Assembly (NCBI GenBank): GCA_035263125.1
Contig: DATFRP010000196.1
Location: forward strand, 22,551-86,550
DNA from: Vicinamibacterales bacterium
Lineage (GTDB): Bacteria > Acidobacteriota > Vicinamibacteria > Vicinamibacterales > UBA2999
DNA: 64,000 nucleotides
Reading direction: 5' to 3'
Shown here piece by piece: positions 8,836 to 17,671 of this stretch (position 1 is the stretch's first letter; every line of letters starts with the position of its first letter). The position numbers were made by a program, and so were the translations under genes. A model generated the notes under the pieces. That model did not search any database. It was not told the DNA's origin and saw only the letters and a list, made by a program, of their open reading frames with translations.

Positions 8836-9945
8836 GTGACGCGGCTCGCTCCCCGAGTCCTCCTGCTCGTCCTCATCGGCGTCTCCATCTCAGGCGCGCA
8901 ATCAGCGTCTCGCCGTTTCACGACCATCGATGCGCTCCGGCAGTACGCCGGGTTCTACCACCTGCAAAACGTCCTGCTCCGCGGTGAGCTCGTCGAGAAC
9001 GGCCAGCGGATGATGCTGCGCGCCGATGAGCAGGAGATGCGCGTGGTTCTCGGCGAAGGCGTCAGCAGCAAGCGCGGCCCGGTGGAGGTGCGAGGCGTTC
9101 TGTTCGATCTGGGGCGGCTCGACCCGACCGACCCTCGTGTGAGCGGCATGGCCGAGGGGCGCGATGCCGACCGTTGGCCTCGGCCGGGTGAGGAGCTGAT
9201 TCTGCGTGTGACCGGCATTGCCGAGGCCGCCGCTTCCTCGACTGCATCAGTTCGGGCGCTGACACTCGAGCCGTGGAAGTTCGACGGTCAGACGGTGACG
9301 GTCATCGGCAATTTCCGCGGGCGGAATCTGTTCGGAGACCTCGCCGGATCGCCCAACAAGAGCAAGTTCGACTTCGTCCTGCGCGGCACCGAGGGGGCGA
9401 TCTGGATCACGAGCCTGCGGCCGAAAATCGACAAGCTCGATCTCGACATCAATCGCCGGGTCGATACCGACCGGTGGCTCGAGGTCACCGGCAAGGTCGT
9501 CCGCGAGCACGGGCTCGTCAGCATCGAGGCCACCCATCTCAAGTTCACGAAAGCGCCGGAGGCGATCGTCGAACGCGACGAGCCGTCGGCTCCAGCCGTG
9601 CCGCTGGAACCGGTCCAGGTAGTGTTCAGTTCACCGACTGAAGGAGAGACCGACGTCAGCGCAGGCGCGCCAATTCGCATCCAGTTTTCACGCGGGCTGA
9701 ACGAAGCGTCGCTCGCCAACGACATCCGCGTCACGTATCTCGGCGCATCTGCCGGGGCAGGCACCGCTCCGGCGAGCCTGCCGTTCCAGGTGACATACGA
9801 CGCGGGAAGCCGATCGATTCAGATCAAGATGAAGCAGGCGTTCGAATCGTTCCGAACCGTGCGTGTGGAGCTGCTCGAAGGCTTGAAAGGATTCGACGGC
9901 GCGCCGGTCGCTCCGTGGATGGTGACCTTCACCGTTGGCAATTGA
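8836..9945 (+). CDS. Secreted hypothetical protein with C-terminal Ig-like (SbsA/Big_5-type) segment
   Basis: Signal peptide MTRLAPRVLLLVLIGVSISGAQS. The C-terminal block PVQVVFSSPTEGETDVSAGAPIRIQFSRGLNEASL resembles bacterial Ig-like surface-protein domains. GTG start lies 5 nt after the OPT stop. Function unknown. Confidence 0.6.
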   Translation: MTRLAPRVLLLVLIGVSISGAQSASRRFTTIDALRQYAGFYHLQNVLLRGELVENGQRMMLRADEQEMRVVLGEGVSSKRGPVEVRGVLFDLGRLDPTDPRVSGMAEGRDADRWPRPGEELILRVTGIAEAAASSTASVRALTLEPWKFDGQTVTVIGNFRGRNLFGDLAGSPNKSKFDFVLRGTEGAIWITSLRPKIDKLDLDINRRVDTDRWLEVTGKVVREHGLVSIEATHLKFTKAPEAIVERDEPSAPAVPLEPVQVVFSSPTEGETDVSAGAPIRIQFSRGLNEASLANDIRVTYLGASAGAGTAPASLPFQVTYDAGSRSIQIKMKQAFESFRTVRVELLEGLKGFDGAPVAPWMVTFTVGN

Positions 9946-9952
9946 GCAACGC

Positions 9953-11938
9953 TCACGGAACGACTCGAAAGCCGGTCACCTGCTTCGCGTCCCCCTGCGT
10001 CACTTCGACGGCGTAGTCCCCATTGGCAAACGGCGCGAGCAGCGCATCGACGACAATCCACGTGAACGTTGACGAGGGATCGGGACGCTCGCTGACCTGC
10101 GCAGGCACTGGCAGTGCGTTGCCATTCCGATCGAGCAGTCGCGCCGTGGCTTTTCCTGGCGACGTCGTCGCGAGTTCCAGACGCAGACGATCGGCGCGCT
10201 GGAATCGAGGGTCCGCCGTGCGCTGATACTGCGGGCCGGTCGAGGGCCCGCGACGCCAGAGGATCGCTTCACCGAGCGTCGTGCCTGCCTTGACCTCGAC
10301 CCGCGCGACATCGGTCAGCGCCAGGGCATCGTCGGCCTGCGAGCGCAGGTTGACCTTGACCGCGTATTCTCCTGGTTCCACGCCTCCCGTCTCAGGCACC
10401 TGCACCGCCAGAGGACCGTCTGCCGTGTTCATATCAACCGTCCGCGACAGCACCTCTGTGCCATCGGCAGCAAGCACGACGATGTCCGCCTGCGCGCCCG
10501 CCGTCCACGCCAGTTGGCGCCGAGTCTGATAATCCAGTTCGCCCACAACCCAGAACGAACCCCGCGGTGTTCCTGCGCCTGTCTCACGTACCCACGACGA
10601 GGCTCGAATCTTGAACGGTGCTCGCGGATTCGTATTCGCGACCGCGGCCACCGCGGACAGGCCTTCGTTCGTGTGTGAGCCGTTGGTCGCGCTGACGAGG
10701 TCGTCGGCCGTGCGGCCGCGATACCCGCGACGTGCACGGACTTTCGCGCCGTCGCGTTTCACCCGAACGGTGATGGCCCGGTATCGCCCATCGAGTTTCG
10801 TGTTCGATGAGGAGTACCCAATCAGGTAGTAGGAGCTCACGTCGTCGACGATCTTCGGGATCGACGCGTCGACGCTGCTCGCGCTCATCACAGCCAGTCC
10901 ATCGGTGTTCTCGGCCAGAAAGCGAAGGCTGTCCTGACGTGAGGCGAGGTTGGAATTGTCTCGACCCTTGCCTGACGCGTCGGATGCCACCGACGACGTG
11001 ACGAGACCGCGTGCGTAGATCGGATAGAAGGTGATGTTGTCGCGATTGGCTTCTTCAGTGAGCGAGCGCAGCGCCATGCTGTGATCGAGCGTCGACAGCC
11101 CGACCCGGTCCGATTCGCACTCGACGCGATTCACACCTTGGGGTCCGCCACTGCTCTTGCCATCGTCGGCCTTCTGTGGCGGGCGGCGAATGATTCGATC
11201 CACGAGCCCGGTGTCGGCCTGGCCGCGCCCTGACGACGCGAGCGCCTTGTCGGGCTTGAAGAGAACCCAGCCGTCCGAAACAGTGAGGACTGCGATGCGC
11301 TCCTCCCGTGTGCCCTCCAGATGCTCGAGCAGATCATCGAGCGCATCGAAGGTGAGCTTCTCGCGCCGCCGCATCTTCATGTCCGGCGCGGGACCCGCTG
11401 GCCCCTTCGGGCTGTCGGGATAGCACGCGTCATACAGTTCCTCTTTTGGATCCTTCCGATCGACGCGCCCCCTGCGCCCCCATGTCCAGTCGTTCTGCAT
11501 GATGTTGGAGATGACGATCCCCTTTTTTCCGAACGTCATCTCGGCGGCGCTCATCTCGGGGGTCATGACCGCAACCATGTCGTCGGGCCCGATGGCGCGA
11601 TCGAGGAAGCGAATCAGCGGAAGGCGCGCGCTCCGCGACTCCTCGATCTGTGTGTGATAGGTGTCGAGGAAGACGACGAATACTCGGGCTCGCGAGCCCT
11701 GGGTCCCTGCCGGTCCGACCTGCACGTGTTCGAACGAGTCGATCGTCTGCGAAACGCCGTCCTCGGACACCTCGACCTCGTCGCGCTTCAGGTCGTCGAT
11801 CGGCTCACCGTCGCGCGTTGCGTACATGTCGATGCGGACATAGGGCGGTCCCGTGTGAGAGGGCTGCTGGTCTTTCTGCGCCAGGACGGTGGCGAGCGCA
11901 ACGAGCGTCAGCAGTAGGGCAAGCGCAAATCGAACCAC
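9953..11938 (-). CDS. VWA domain-containing exoprotein (acidobacterial VWFA-related type), paralog 1
   Basis: The N-terminal block YVRIDMYATRDGEPIDDLKRDEVEVSEDGVSQTIDSFEHV followed by VFVVFLDTYHT is the pattern I know from the TIGR03436-type family. It is clearly paralogous to the next gene. Start is uncertain: a GTG at 11938 gives signal peptide VVRFALALLLTLVALATVLAQ, and the ORF-track ATG at 12106 is probably too long. Confidence 0.75.
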   Translation of the reverse strand: MVRFALALLLTLVALATVLAQKDQQPSHTGPPYVRIDMYATRDGEPIDDLKRDEVEVSEDGVSQTIDSFEHVQVGPAGTQGSRARVFVVFLDTYHTQIEESRSARLPLIRFLDRAIGPDDMVAVMTPEMSAAEMTFGKKGIVISNIMQNDWTWGRRGRVDRKDPKEELYDACYPDSPKGPAGPAPDMKMRRREKLTFDALDDLLEHLEGTREERIAVLTVSDGWVLFKPDKALASSGRGQADTGLVDRIIRRPPQKADDGKSSGGPQGVNRVECESDRVGLSTLDHSMALRSLTEEANRDNITFYPIYARGLVTSSVASDASGKGRDNSNLASRQDSLRFLAENTDGLAVMSASSVDASIPKIVDDVSSYYLIGYSSSNTKLDGRYRAITVRVKRDGAKVRARRGYRGRTADDLVSATNGSHTNEGLSAVAAVANTNPRAPFKIRASSWVRETGAGTPRGSFWVVGELDYQTRRQLAWTAGAQADIVVLAADGTEVLSRTVDMNTADGPLAVQVPETGGVEPGEYAVKVNLRSQADDALALTDVARVEVKAGTTLGEAILWRRGPSTGPQYQRTADPRFQRADRLRLELATTSPGKATARLLDRNGNALPVPAQVSERPDPSSTFTWIVVDALLAPFANGDYAVEVTQGDAKQVTGFRVVP

Positions 11939-12020
11939 TGGGACCCCGAGACAGGCTGGCCCAAGGAGTGTACTCCACTCACACTTTGGGGTAACGGAGG
12001 TTTTCGGAGGAACGGTTAAC

Positions 12021-14081
12021 CTAGGGAACGATTCGGAACGCCGTGAGCTGCTTTGCCTCGCCCTGAGACGCCTCGATTGCGTAGTCGCCTGGCGCAAAGG
12101 GCGCAAGGGTCACCTCGATCACGGCCCACGTGAACTGCCCCGATGAGTCGGGACGTACGCTGACCTGAGCCTGAATCGGCATGACCGTGCCGTTGCGATC
12201 GAGCAGTTGGGTCTTCACGGGCTCGGCTGCGTTTGTCGCGAGCTCGAGGCGGATGCGGTCGGTCCTCTGGAATCGTGGATCGGCGGTCCGCAGAAACACC
12301 GGTCCCGTAGTCGGGCCACGCCGGAACATCATGGCCTCGCCAAGAGGTGTGTGATCCTTCACCGCGACTCGCGCCGTGTCGCTCAGTCCGAGCTCGCCCT
12401 CGACGGGTGAACGCAGCCGGACGCGGATGGTGTATTCGCCTGCGGGCACACCTCCGGACTCGGGCAGTTGAACAGTGAACGCTTCGTTCGATTTCACCTC
12501 GATCTTTTGTGTCGCGACCTGTCGCCCGTCGGACGCGATGACCGCGACGTCGGCCTGAACGCCTCGGCTCCACGCGGGCAGCTTGCGTGTCTGCGAATCC
12601 AGCTCGCCCACCACCCAGACCGAGCCCTCGGTGGTTCCTGCTGACGACGTGCGTGCCCACGAGGAGGCGCGAATTCGAAACTGCGCCCGCGCGTTGAAGC
12701 TCACTACCGGCGTGAGCGCCGTGGTCACTGCATTCGCGGCAGCCGACGGGGACGTCGACGCGGCGGTGCCGCGCGCGAGCTCGGTCTCGGTGTATCCCCG
12801 GTACCCTTTTCGTGCTCGAACCGTGATGCCGGGGCGCCTGAGACGCACGCTGATCGATCGGAAGCGCCCATCGAGCTTCGTATTCGTCGTGTAGTACCCC
12901 AGCAGGTAGTACGACGAGAGGTCGTCGACGATCCGTTTCAACATCCCGTCGATGTTGTTGGTGTTGATGATCGCGGTGCCGTCGGTATCGTCCGCGAGCG
13001 CTCGAAGGCTGTTCTGCCGTGCCCTCAGGTTGGCTGCGTCCTCCCGAAGCCCGGGCGGAGGATCTGGACCGATTGGCGAGTCGAATGCCACCAGACCCCG
13101 CGCGTACACCGGATAGAACGTCACGTTGCCTCGATTGGCCAACTGCGTGAGCTGAGTGAGGCGCATCTCGTCGTCGAGGTTCGCCAGCGTCATGCGGTCG
13201 GCCTCGCACTGAATCCTTGGCGACCCTCCTACTTGCGTGGCATCGGATGGCCGCGGCACAGGCGGCCGGCCCAGCACGTCAGGAGGCAGGACTCGCGAGT
13301 CCGGGGAGTCCGAGACCAGCTTGGGGTTCCTCGTGTACAGGGGCCATCCCTCGGTAACGGCGAGAATGGCCTTGCGTTCCTCGCGGATCCCGGCGAGGTG
13401 AATCATGAGATCGTCGATCGCATCGAGCGCGAGTTTTTCGCGCCGGCGTGCCTTCATCTCCTTGTAAATGCCGCTCGTGGCGCCGTAACACGCCGCATAC
13501 AGCTGCTCTCTGTCATCGTCATCGGCCAATCGGCCACGACGCCCCCAGAACAGGTTCTTGTCGAACATGTTCGAGAGGACAGTGGTCTTGCGCGCGAACG
13601 TGATGTCGGACGCCGCCATCTCGGGCGTCATCACCGCCACCATGTCGTCAGGTCCCAGCACGCGGTTCAGGAAGTTCATCAGCGGCTGCCGCATGTTGGC
13701 AGAACCGTCGATCTGCGTGTTGTAGGTGTCGAGAAAAACCACGAACACACGTGCACGAGGATCGCCTGCCATCGTCCGGCTGTCCGTGATGGTGTTCGGC
13801 TCGCGCCGGGTTTCCTCGGGATTGAGCGTGCGGACCCTTACGTGCTCGAAGGCATCGATTTTCTGCAGGACTCCGTCTTCGAAGATATCGACTTCATCCT
13901 GCTTCAGATCTTCGATTGGCTTCCCGTCCCTGGACGCGTACATGTCCACGCGGACGTAGTTCGCGCCGGTACGAAACGTCGGCTGGTTCTGCGCCACGAC
14001 CACCTGTCTGTCCTGCGCAGAAGGCGAGGACGGAGACACGACGGCAATCGCGAGAATGACGACGAGTGAGAGTCGGGTCAC
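12021..14081 (-). CDS. VWA domain-containing exoprotein (acidobacterial VWFA-related type), paralog 2
   Basis: Signal peptide MTRLSLVVILAIAVVSPSSPSAQ, then YVRVDMYASRDGKPIEDLKQDEVDIFEDGVLQKIDAFEHV and VFVVFLDTYNT. It is collinear with paralog 1 to the C-terminus (both end ...TGFRVVP / ...TAFRIVP). Confidence 0.8.
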   Translation of the reverse strand: MTRLSLVVILAIAVVSPSSPSAQDRQVVVAQNQPTFRTGANYVRVDMYASRDGKPIEDLKQDEVDIFEDGVLQKIDAFEHVRVRTLNPEETRREPNTITDSRTMAGDPRARVFVVFLDTYNTQIDGSANMRQPLMNFLNRVLGPDDMVAVMTPEMAASDITFARKTTVLSNMFDKNLFWGRRGRLADDDDREQLYAACYGATSGIYKEMKARRREKLALDAIDDLMIHLAGIREERKAILAVTEGWPLYTRNPKLVSDSPDSRVLPPDVLGRPPVPRPSDATQVGGSPRIQCEADRMTLANLDDEMRLTQLTQLANRGNVTFYPVYARGLVAFDSPIGPDPPPGLREDAANLRARQNSLRALADDTDGTAIINTNNIDGMLKRIVDDLSSYYLLGYYTTNTKLDGRFRSISVRLRRPGITVRARKGYRGYTETELARGTAASTSPSAAANAVTTALTPVVSFNARAQFRIRASSWARTSSAGTTEGSVWVVGELDSQTRKLPAWSRGVQADVAVIASDGRQVATQKIEVKSNEAFTVQLPESGGVPAGEYTIRVRLRSPVEGELGLSDTARVAVKDHTPLGEAMMFRRGPTTGPVFLRTADPRFQRTDRIRLELATNAAEPVKTQLLDRNGTVMPIQAQVSVRPDSSGQFTWAVIEVTLAPFAPGDYAIEASQGEAKQLTAFRIVP

Positions 14082-14112
14082 GACACACTCCGAACAGGCT
14101 GGCGGAAAGAGT

Positions 14113-14844
14113 TTACGTCCAGAGTGGGCCAGCGTCGAGGAGTCGCTGCACTTCGCTCCTGACGCGTCGGATCAGGTCGTCTTTGTCGTTGAGCGTCAAC
14201 CCGGCCGTGGGAATGGGCTCACCGATCCGCACGCTGACCTTGACCGGGCGGACGATGGGGCTGCCTTTCCGCATCGAATCGCGTCCGCCCCGCACGGCGA
14301 CCGGGATGATCGGCACCTGGGCGTGGATGGCCATGATGAAGCCGCCTTTCTTGAAGGGCAGCAGCTCCCCGGTACGGCTTCGAGTCCCTTCCGGAAAAAT
14401 GAGGAACGAGTTTCCTGCTCGCAGAGAGCGCGCACCTGCCTCCACAGCTGCGAAGGCTTGATCACGGTTGGCACGGTCGACCGGCACGAATCCGCCGGCG
14501 TCGAGGATGCGCCCCATCAACGGAAAATTGTGGAGCTCCGCCTTATAGAGAATCCGCATGCGGCGATGAAGCACTTCGAACAAAACCGGCGGGTCGACGT
14601 TGCTCTCGTGATTGGAGCAGTACACCGCCGGCGATTTCTGCACATGCTCTCTCCCGCTCACACGATAGCGAATGCCCGCCAGCATCAGGGCCAGCCAGAT
14701 GCCGGCGTGCCCAAGGCGATACAGGAAGTCGATTGCTCCGAACAGGACGGCCGCCGCAAGTCCGATGGGCCCCGCTACGGCGATGTACAAGAGGATCACC
14801 ACATAGGTGATCAACGAGCGGACGGCTGCGATGATCGTGAACAT
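14113..14844 (-). CDS. plsC: 1-acyl-sn-glycerol-3-phosphate acyltransferase
   Basis: Carries the HX4D acyltransferase motif (CSNHESNVDPPVL), the later FPEGTRSRTGELLPFKKGG block, and an N-terminal membrane anchor. Start at MFTII (ATG 14844) or ATG 14865. The upstream part of the ORF-track ORF crosses a terminator and is not part of this gene. Confidence 0.85.
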   Translation of the reverse strand: MFTIIAAVRSLITYVVILLYIAVAGPIGLAAAVLFGAIDFLYRLGHAGIWLALMLAGIRYRVSGREHVQKSPAVYCSNHESNVDPPVLFEVLHRRMRILYKAELHNFPLMGRILDAGGFVPVDRANRDQAFAAVEAGARSLRAGNSFLIFPEGTRSRTGELLPFKKGGFIMAIHAQVPIIPVAVRGGRDSMRKGSPIVRPVKVSVRIGEPIPTAGLTLNDKDDLIRRVRSEVQRLLDAGPLWT

Positions 14845-14889
14845 GTTCTCGCGTGAGCCTGCCATCTGACTGCGACGAAGCCGACTCGT

Positions 14890-14970
14890 CCTGTCCCGAT
14901 CGAGTGCCCGCGAGACCGCTTCGATCAGTACCATCTCGTCAACGGGCTTCTCCAGGAAGTCCACCGCCCC
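14890..14970 (-). pseudogene. Relic of a response-regulator receiver domain C-terminus (about 27 codons, no start, no N-terminal part)
   Basis: GAVDFLEKPVDEMVLIEAVSRALDRDR matches the conserved alpha4-beta5-alpha5 end of CheY-like receiver domains (G-A-x-D-F-hydrophobic-x-K-P). It lies between the carD terminator and the plsC start. Confidence 0.4.
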
Positions 14971-14990
14971 GCAGGTCTGCGCATGGCTGC

Positions 14991-15023
14991 AAAAAAAACG
15001 CCCGGACCATACTGGTCCGGGCG
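14991..15023 (-). terminator. Rho-independent terminator downstream of carD
   Basis: On the minus strand there is a 10-bp GC stem (cgcccggacc / ggtccgggcg, 5-nt loop) at 14999-15023, immediately followed by a T8 run (14991-14998). It lies 31 nt after the carD stop. Confidence 0.85.
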
Positions 15024-15053
15024 GAAGAAAACGACTGGCAACTGACGACGTAA

Positions 15054-15647
15054 CTACGACGCGCGGGCGGTACGGCGCACCGGCGCCACGACGACTGGCG
15101 CCTTGACCGGTTTGGCCTTCGCGCGAGATGTCGCGCGCGCCAGGTTCCGCGCCCTGATCACGAAGCACTTCTCGAGTGCCGTATCGACCTTGGATTCGAC
15201 TTCTGGTGCCTTCTGGCGCATGACCTCGGAGACCTCCGAGATGATCAGCGCCTTGGCGCGATCGAGCATGCGCTTCTCACGGAACGAGAGACTCTTCGAC
15301 TTGCTCAAAAACGTCAGGCTCTTCAGGACGTCCGCCATGTCGTAGATCGAACCCGTACGCATCTTGTCGGAGTTGTCCTTGAAGCGACCTTTCCAGTTCT
15401 GGTGGTTGTCGATTCGTCCGTCACCGAGTTGATCGAAGAGGCGCTCGACTTCCTCATCGCTGATCGCTTTGCGCAGCCCGACGTTGTCGACGTTCGCAAC
15501 AGGCACGAGCACCGTCGTGTCGTTTGAGACTATTCGGAGATGAAAGAAACCACACGTGGTACCCAGAATAGTTTTCTCTTCGATACGTTCGACGATGCCG
15601 AGCCCATGATTCGGGTAGATGACCTTGTCACCGAGCTGGAATGTCAC
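15054..15647 (-). CDS. carD: CarD/CdnL family RNA polymerase-binding transcription regulator
   Basis: FQLGDKVIYPNHGLGIVERIEEKTILGTTCGFFHLRI...VLVPV.NV..VGLRK fits the CarD_CdnL_TRCF domain. No in-frame ATG is nearby; a GTG at 15647 is preceded by GGGGGAAAC. The basic Ala/Lys-rich C-terminal tail is unusual. Confidence 0.8.
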   Translation of the reverse strand: MTFQLGDKVIYPNHGLGIVERIEEKTILGTTCGFFHLRIVSNDTTVLVPVANVDNVGLRKAISDEEVERLFDQLGDGRIDNHQNWKGRFKDNSDKMRTGSIYDMADVLKSLTFLSKSKSLSFREKRMLDRAKALIISEVSEVMRQKAPEVESKVDTALEKCFVIRARNLARATSRAKAKPVKAPVVVAPVRRTARAS

Positions 15648-15915
15648 GTTTCCCCCGTCGCAGGTGTTGGTAGGACCGCTTTTTTGCTGGGAACAGCACC
15701 CATGAGTATATCGCACCGTTACGTCCCAATCAACGAAAAATGCCCGAAAATAGCTCGATTTGGGCACTTCACACCCGCGAGACGCCAGTTCAGTGCAACC
15801 CGCGCGGGTGGGCCCGGATAAGGGTCGCCACACTTGAGGCTCGCGTCTAACCTACACGGGCTCTGCAACTTGAGCAGGCTACCCCCGAACACCGCGCTGG
15901 ACCGATCCAGCTAGA

Positions 15916-16494
15916 ATGGCCGGGATGAAGGCGACATGGGTCACGCTCCTGGCGCTCGTCACCCTGGGTCAAGCAGCTCAGCCAGGTAGGGGCTCCGCCC
16001 TTGATGTCCAGGCCAGTCCAATCCGGCTCGCACCCTCGGCCGCCACTCCGCTCGATGTCGTCGATCGAATGCTGTCGCTCGCGAAGGTCGGACCAGGCGA
16101 TGTGGTGTACGACTTGGGCTGCGGCGACGGGCGCATCGTGATCGCCGCCGCACAGAAGTTCAGCGCGCGCGGTGTCGGCGTCGATATCGATGAAAAGCTG
16201 ATCGCGCAGGCGCAGGCGGCCGCGCGCGAGGCGGGCGTTGCCGATCGTGTGAAATTTCTCGTACAGGATGCGATGACCGTCGACGTGTCGCCGGCAACCG
16301 TCGTGACGCTGTACCTGTTATCCGCATCGAACGCGAAGCTGCGGCCGATACTCACCAGCCAGCTCCGACCGGGATCGAGGATCGTCTCTCACAACTATCC
16401 CATCGGCGACTGGGAGCCGGGCACGGTCGATACCTTCAAGGACGCGCGTGGCACGACGCGAACGCTGTTTCTCTGGACGATCGGTAGACCGTGA
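15916..16494 (+). CDS. Class I SAM-dependent methyltransferase with N-terminal signal-like sequence
   Basis: SAM-binding motif I VVYDLGCGDGRIVIAAA and a post-I acidic residue (GVDID). The N-terminus MKATWVTLLALVTLGQAAQ looks like a signal peptide. Confidence 0.75.
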   Translation: MAGMKATWVTLLALVTLGQAAQPGRGSALDVQASPIRLAPSAATPLDVVDRMLSLAKVGPGDVVYDLGCGDGRIVIAAAQKFSARGVGVDIDEKLIAQAQAAAREAGVADRVKFLVQDAMTVDVSPATVVTLYLLSASNAKLRPILTSQLRPGSRIVSHNYPIGDWEPGTVDTFKDARGTTRTLFLWTIGRP

Positions 16495-16520
16495 ACGAAC
16501 CCAGGGCTTCCCGGTTCTCC

Positions 16521-16548
16521 CTGCTTCCTGCTTCCTGATTCCTGCCGT
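16521..16548. repeat. Heptamer tandem repeat (CTGCTTC CTGCTTC CTGATTC CTGCCGT), the complement of the CAGGAAK unit
   Basis: Read directly. It sits between the convergent stops at 16494 (+) and 16548 (-). The same unit in the opposite orientation occurs at 53792-53826, with a degenerate copy at 46014-46037. Confidence 0.75.
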
Positions 16549-17570
16549 CAGGCCCTGGCCATCGCGAGCTCGACGATCTCTTCGACGAGTTGTGTGTAGT
16601 TGCGGCCCGACTTCCTGGCCGCCATCGCGAATTCGGCCTTCGAACTGAGCCAAGGGTTGGGGTTGACTTCGATGACCTGCACGCCACCATCGGGCTGCAG
16701 GCGCATGTCGACGCGGCCGTAGTCGCGCAGTTCGAGCGCTTGGTACGCACCAACCGCGGTCTTCTGCAGCGCGAGCACCGAGTCCTCCGGCAGGTCGGTC
16801 GCTATCGCGGACTTGGTCTCGCGAAACGCTTTCGTGCCCTTGCCCCACTTCACTTCCGCGGATGCGATCCGCGGCGTGCCGTTCGGCAGCTTCGAGAGAT
16901 CGAGCTCGACGACGGGCAGCGCCTCGGGTTTGTCATTGCCGATGACACCGACGTACAACTCCCGGCCTTCGATGTATTCCTCGATCAACACCGGCGAATC
17001 GAAGTTGGTGTGAAGCCAGTCCATACGCTCCATCAACTCTCGAATCGAGCTGACGACGGCGCTGAACTCGATGCCGATCGACCCGTCTTCGCGCGCCGGT
17101 TTGACGATGACCGGAAACTGCAGATCGTGTGAGAAGTCGAGCCGACCGCGAAACGACTTCGCAAAGACCGGCGTGTGCACGCCGTGGAACGAGAAAATCT
17201 TCTTGGCGATGGCTTTGTCCTGAGCCAGCAATAGACCATGCGTTCCCGACCCTGTGTACTTCTTGCCGATCAGCTCGAGGAACCCGGCGATCTTGAAATC
17301 GGCCGTGTCATCGTCGTTGAACGATTCGGCCAGGTTGAAGACCAGATCGCATTCGAGACGGGCCAGCGCGAGCAGGCTCTTCGGAGTGCCATCGAGCTCG
17401 TGCATCATCGGCTCATGTCCGACCTTGACGAGCGCCTCGGCAACTTCCTCCTCGACTTCCTTCTTGTCGAGCGTCCGTACGACCGGCGCTTTGTCGTTGG
17501 AAGCCGCCTGCTCCTCGGCGTCGTCGACGAGCACGCGGTCGTACAACACGATGATCTTGAGTCTGCCCAT
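16548..17570 (-). CDS. ATP-grasp enzyme, D-alanine--D-alanine ligase family
   Basis: The layout fits a Ddl-like ATP-grasp: ...LLAQDKAIAKKIFSFHGVHTPVF...FPVIVKPAREDGSIGI...LIEEYIEGRELYVGVIGN...RVDMRLQPDGGVQVIEVNPNP. The substrate cannot be inferred. Confidence 0.7.
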   Translation of the reverse strand: MGRLKIIVLYDRVLVDDAEEQAASNDKAPVVRTLDKKEVEEEVAEALVKVGHEPMMHELDGTPKSLLALARLECDLVFNLAESFNDDDTADFKIAGFLELIGKKYTGSGTHGLLLAQDKAIAKKIFSFHGVHTPVFAKSFRGRLDFSHDLQFPVIVKPAREDGSIGIEFSAVVSSIRELMERMDWLHTNFDSPVLIEEYIEGRELYVGVIGNDKPEALPVVELDLSKLPNGTPRIASAEVKWGKGTKAFRETKSAIATDLPEDSVLALQKTAVGAYQALELRDYGRVDMRLQPDGGVQVIEVNPNPWLSSKAEFAMAARKSGRNYTQLVEEIVELAMARA

Positions 17571-17671
17571 GCCGGAGCGCTACTTACGATATCGGTCGCT
17601 GGCCCAAATTTCCGGCGTCGAGACGCCTGGCCGATCGCCGAGCGGTTTGGTTGGACCCCTTGCGGCGATTA

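Noticed and set aside
14845-15168. Upstream third of the 351-aa ORF containing plsC
   Set aside because: It runs through the carD 3' end and an obvious hairpin+T8 terminator, so it is not part of plsC. Only the 14890-14970 piece is notable, as a receiver-domain relic.
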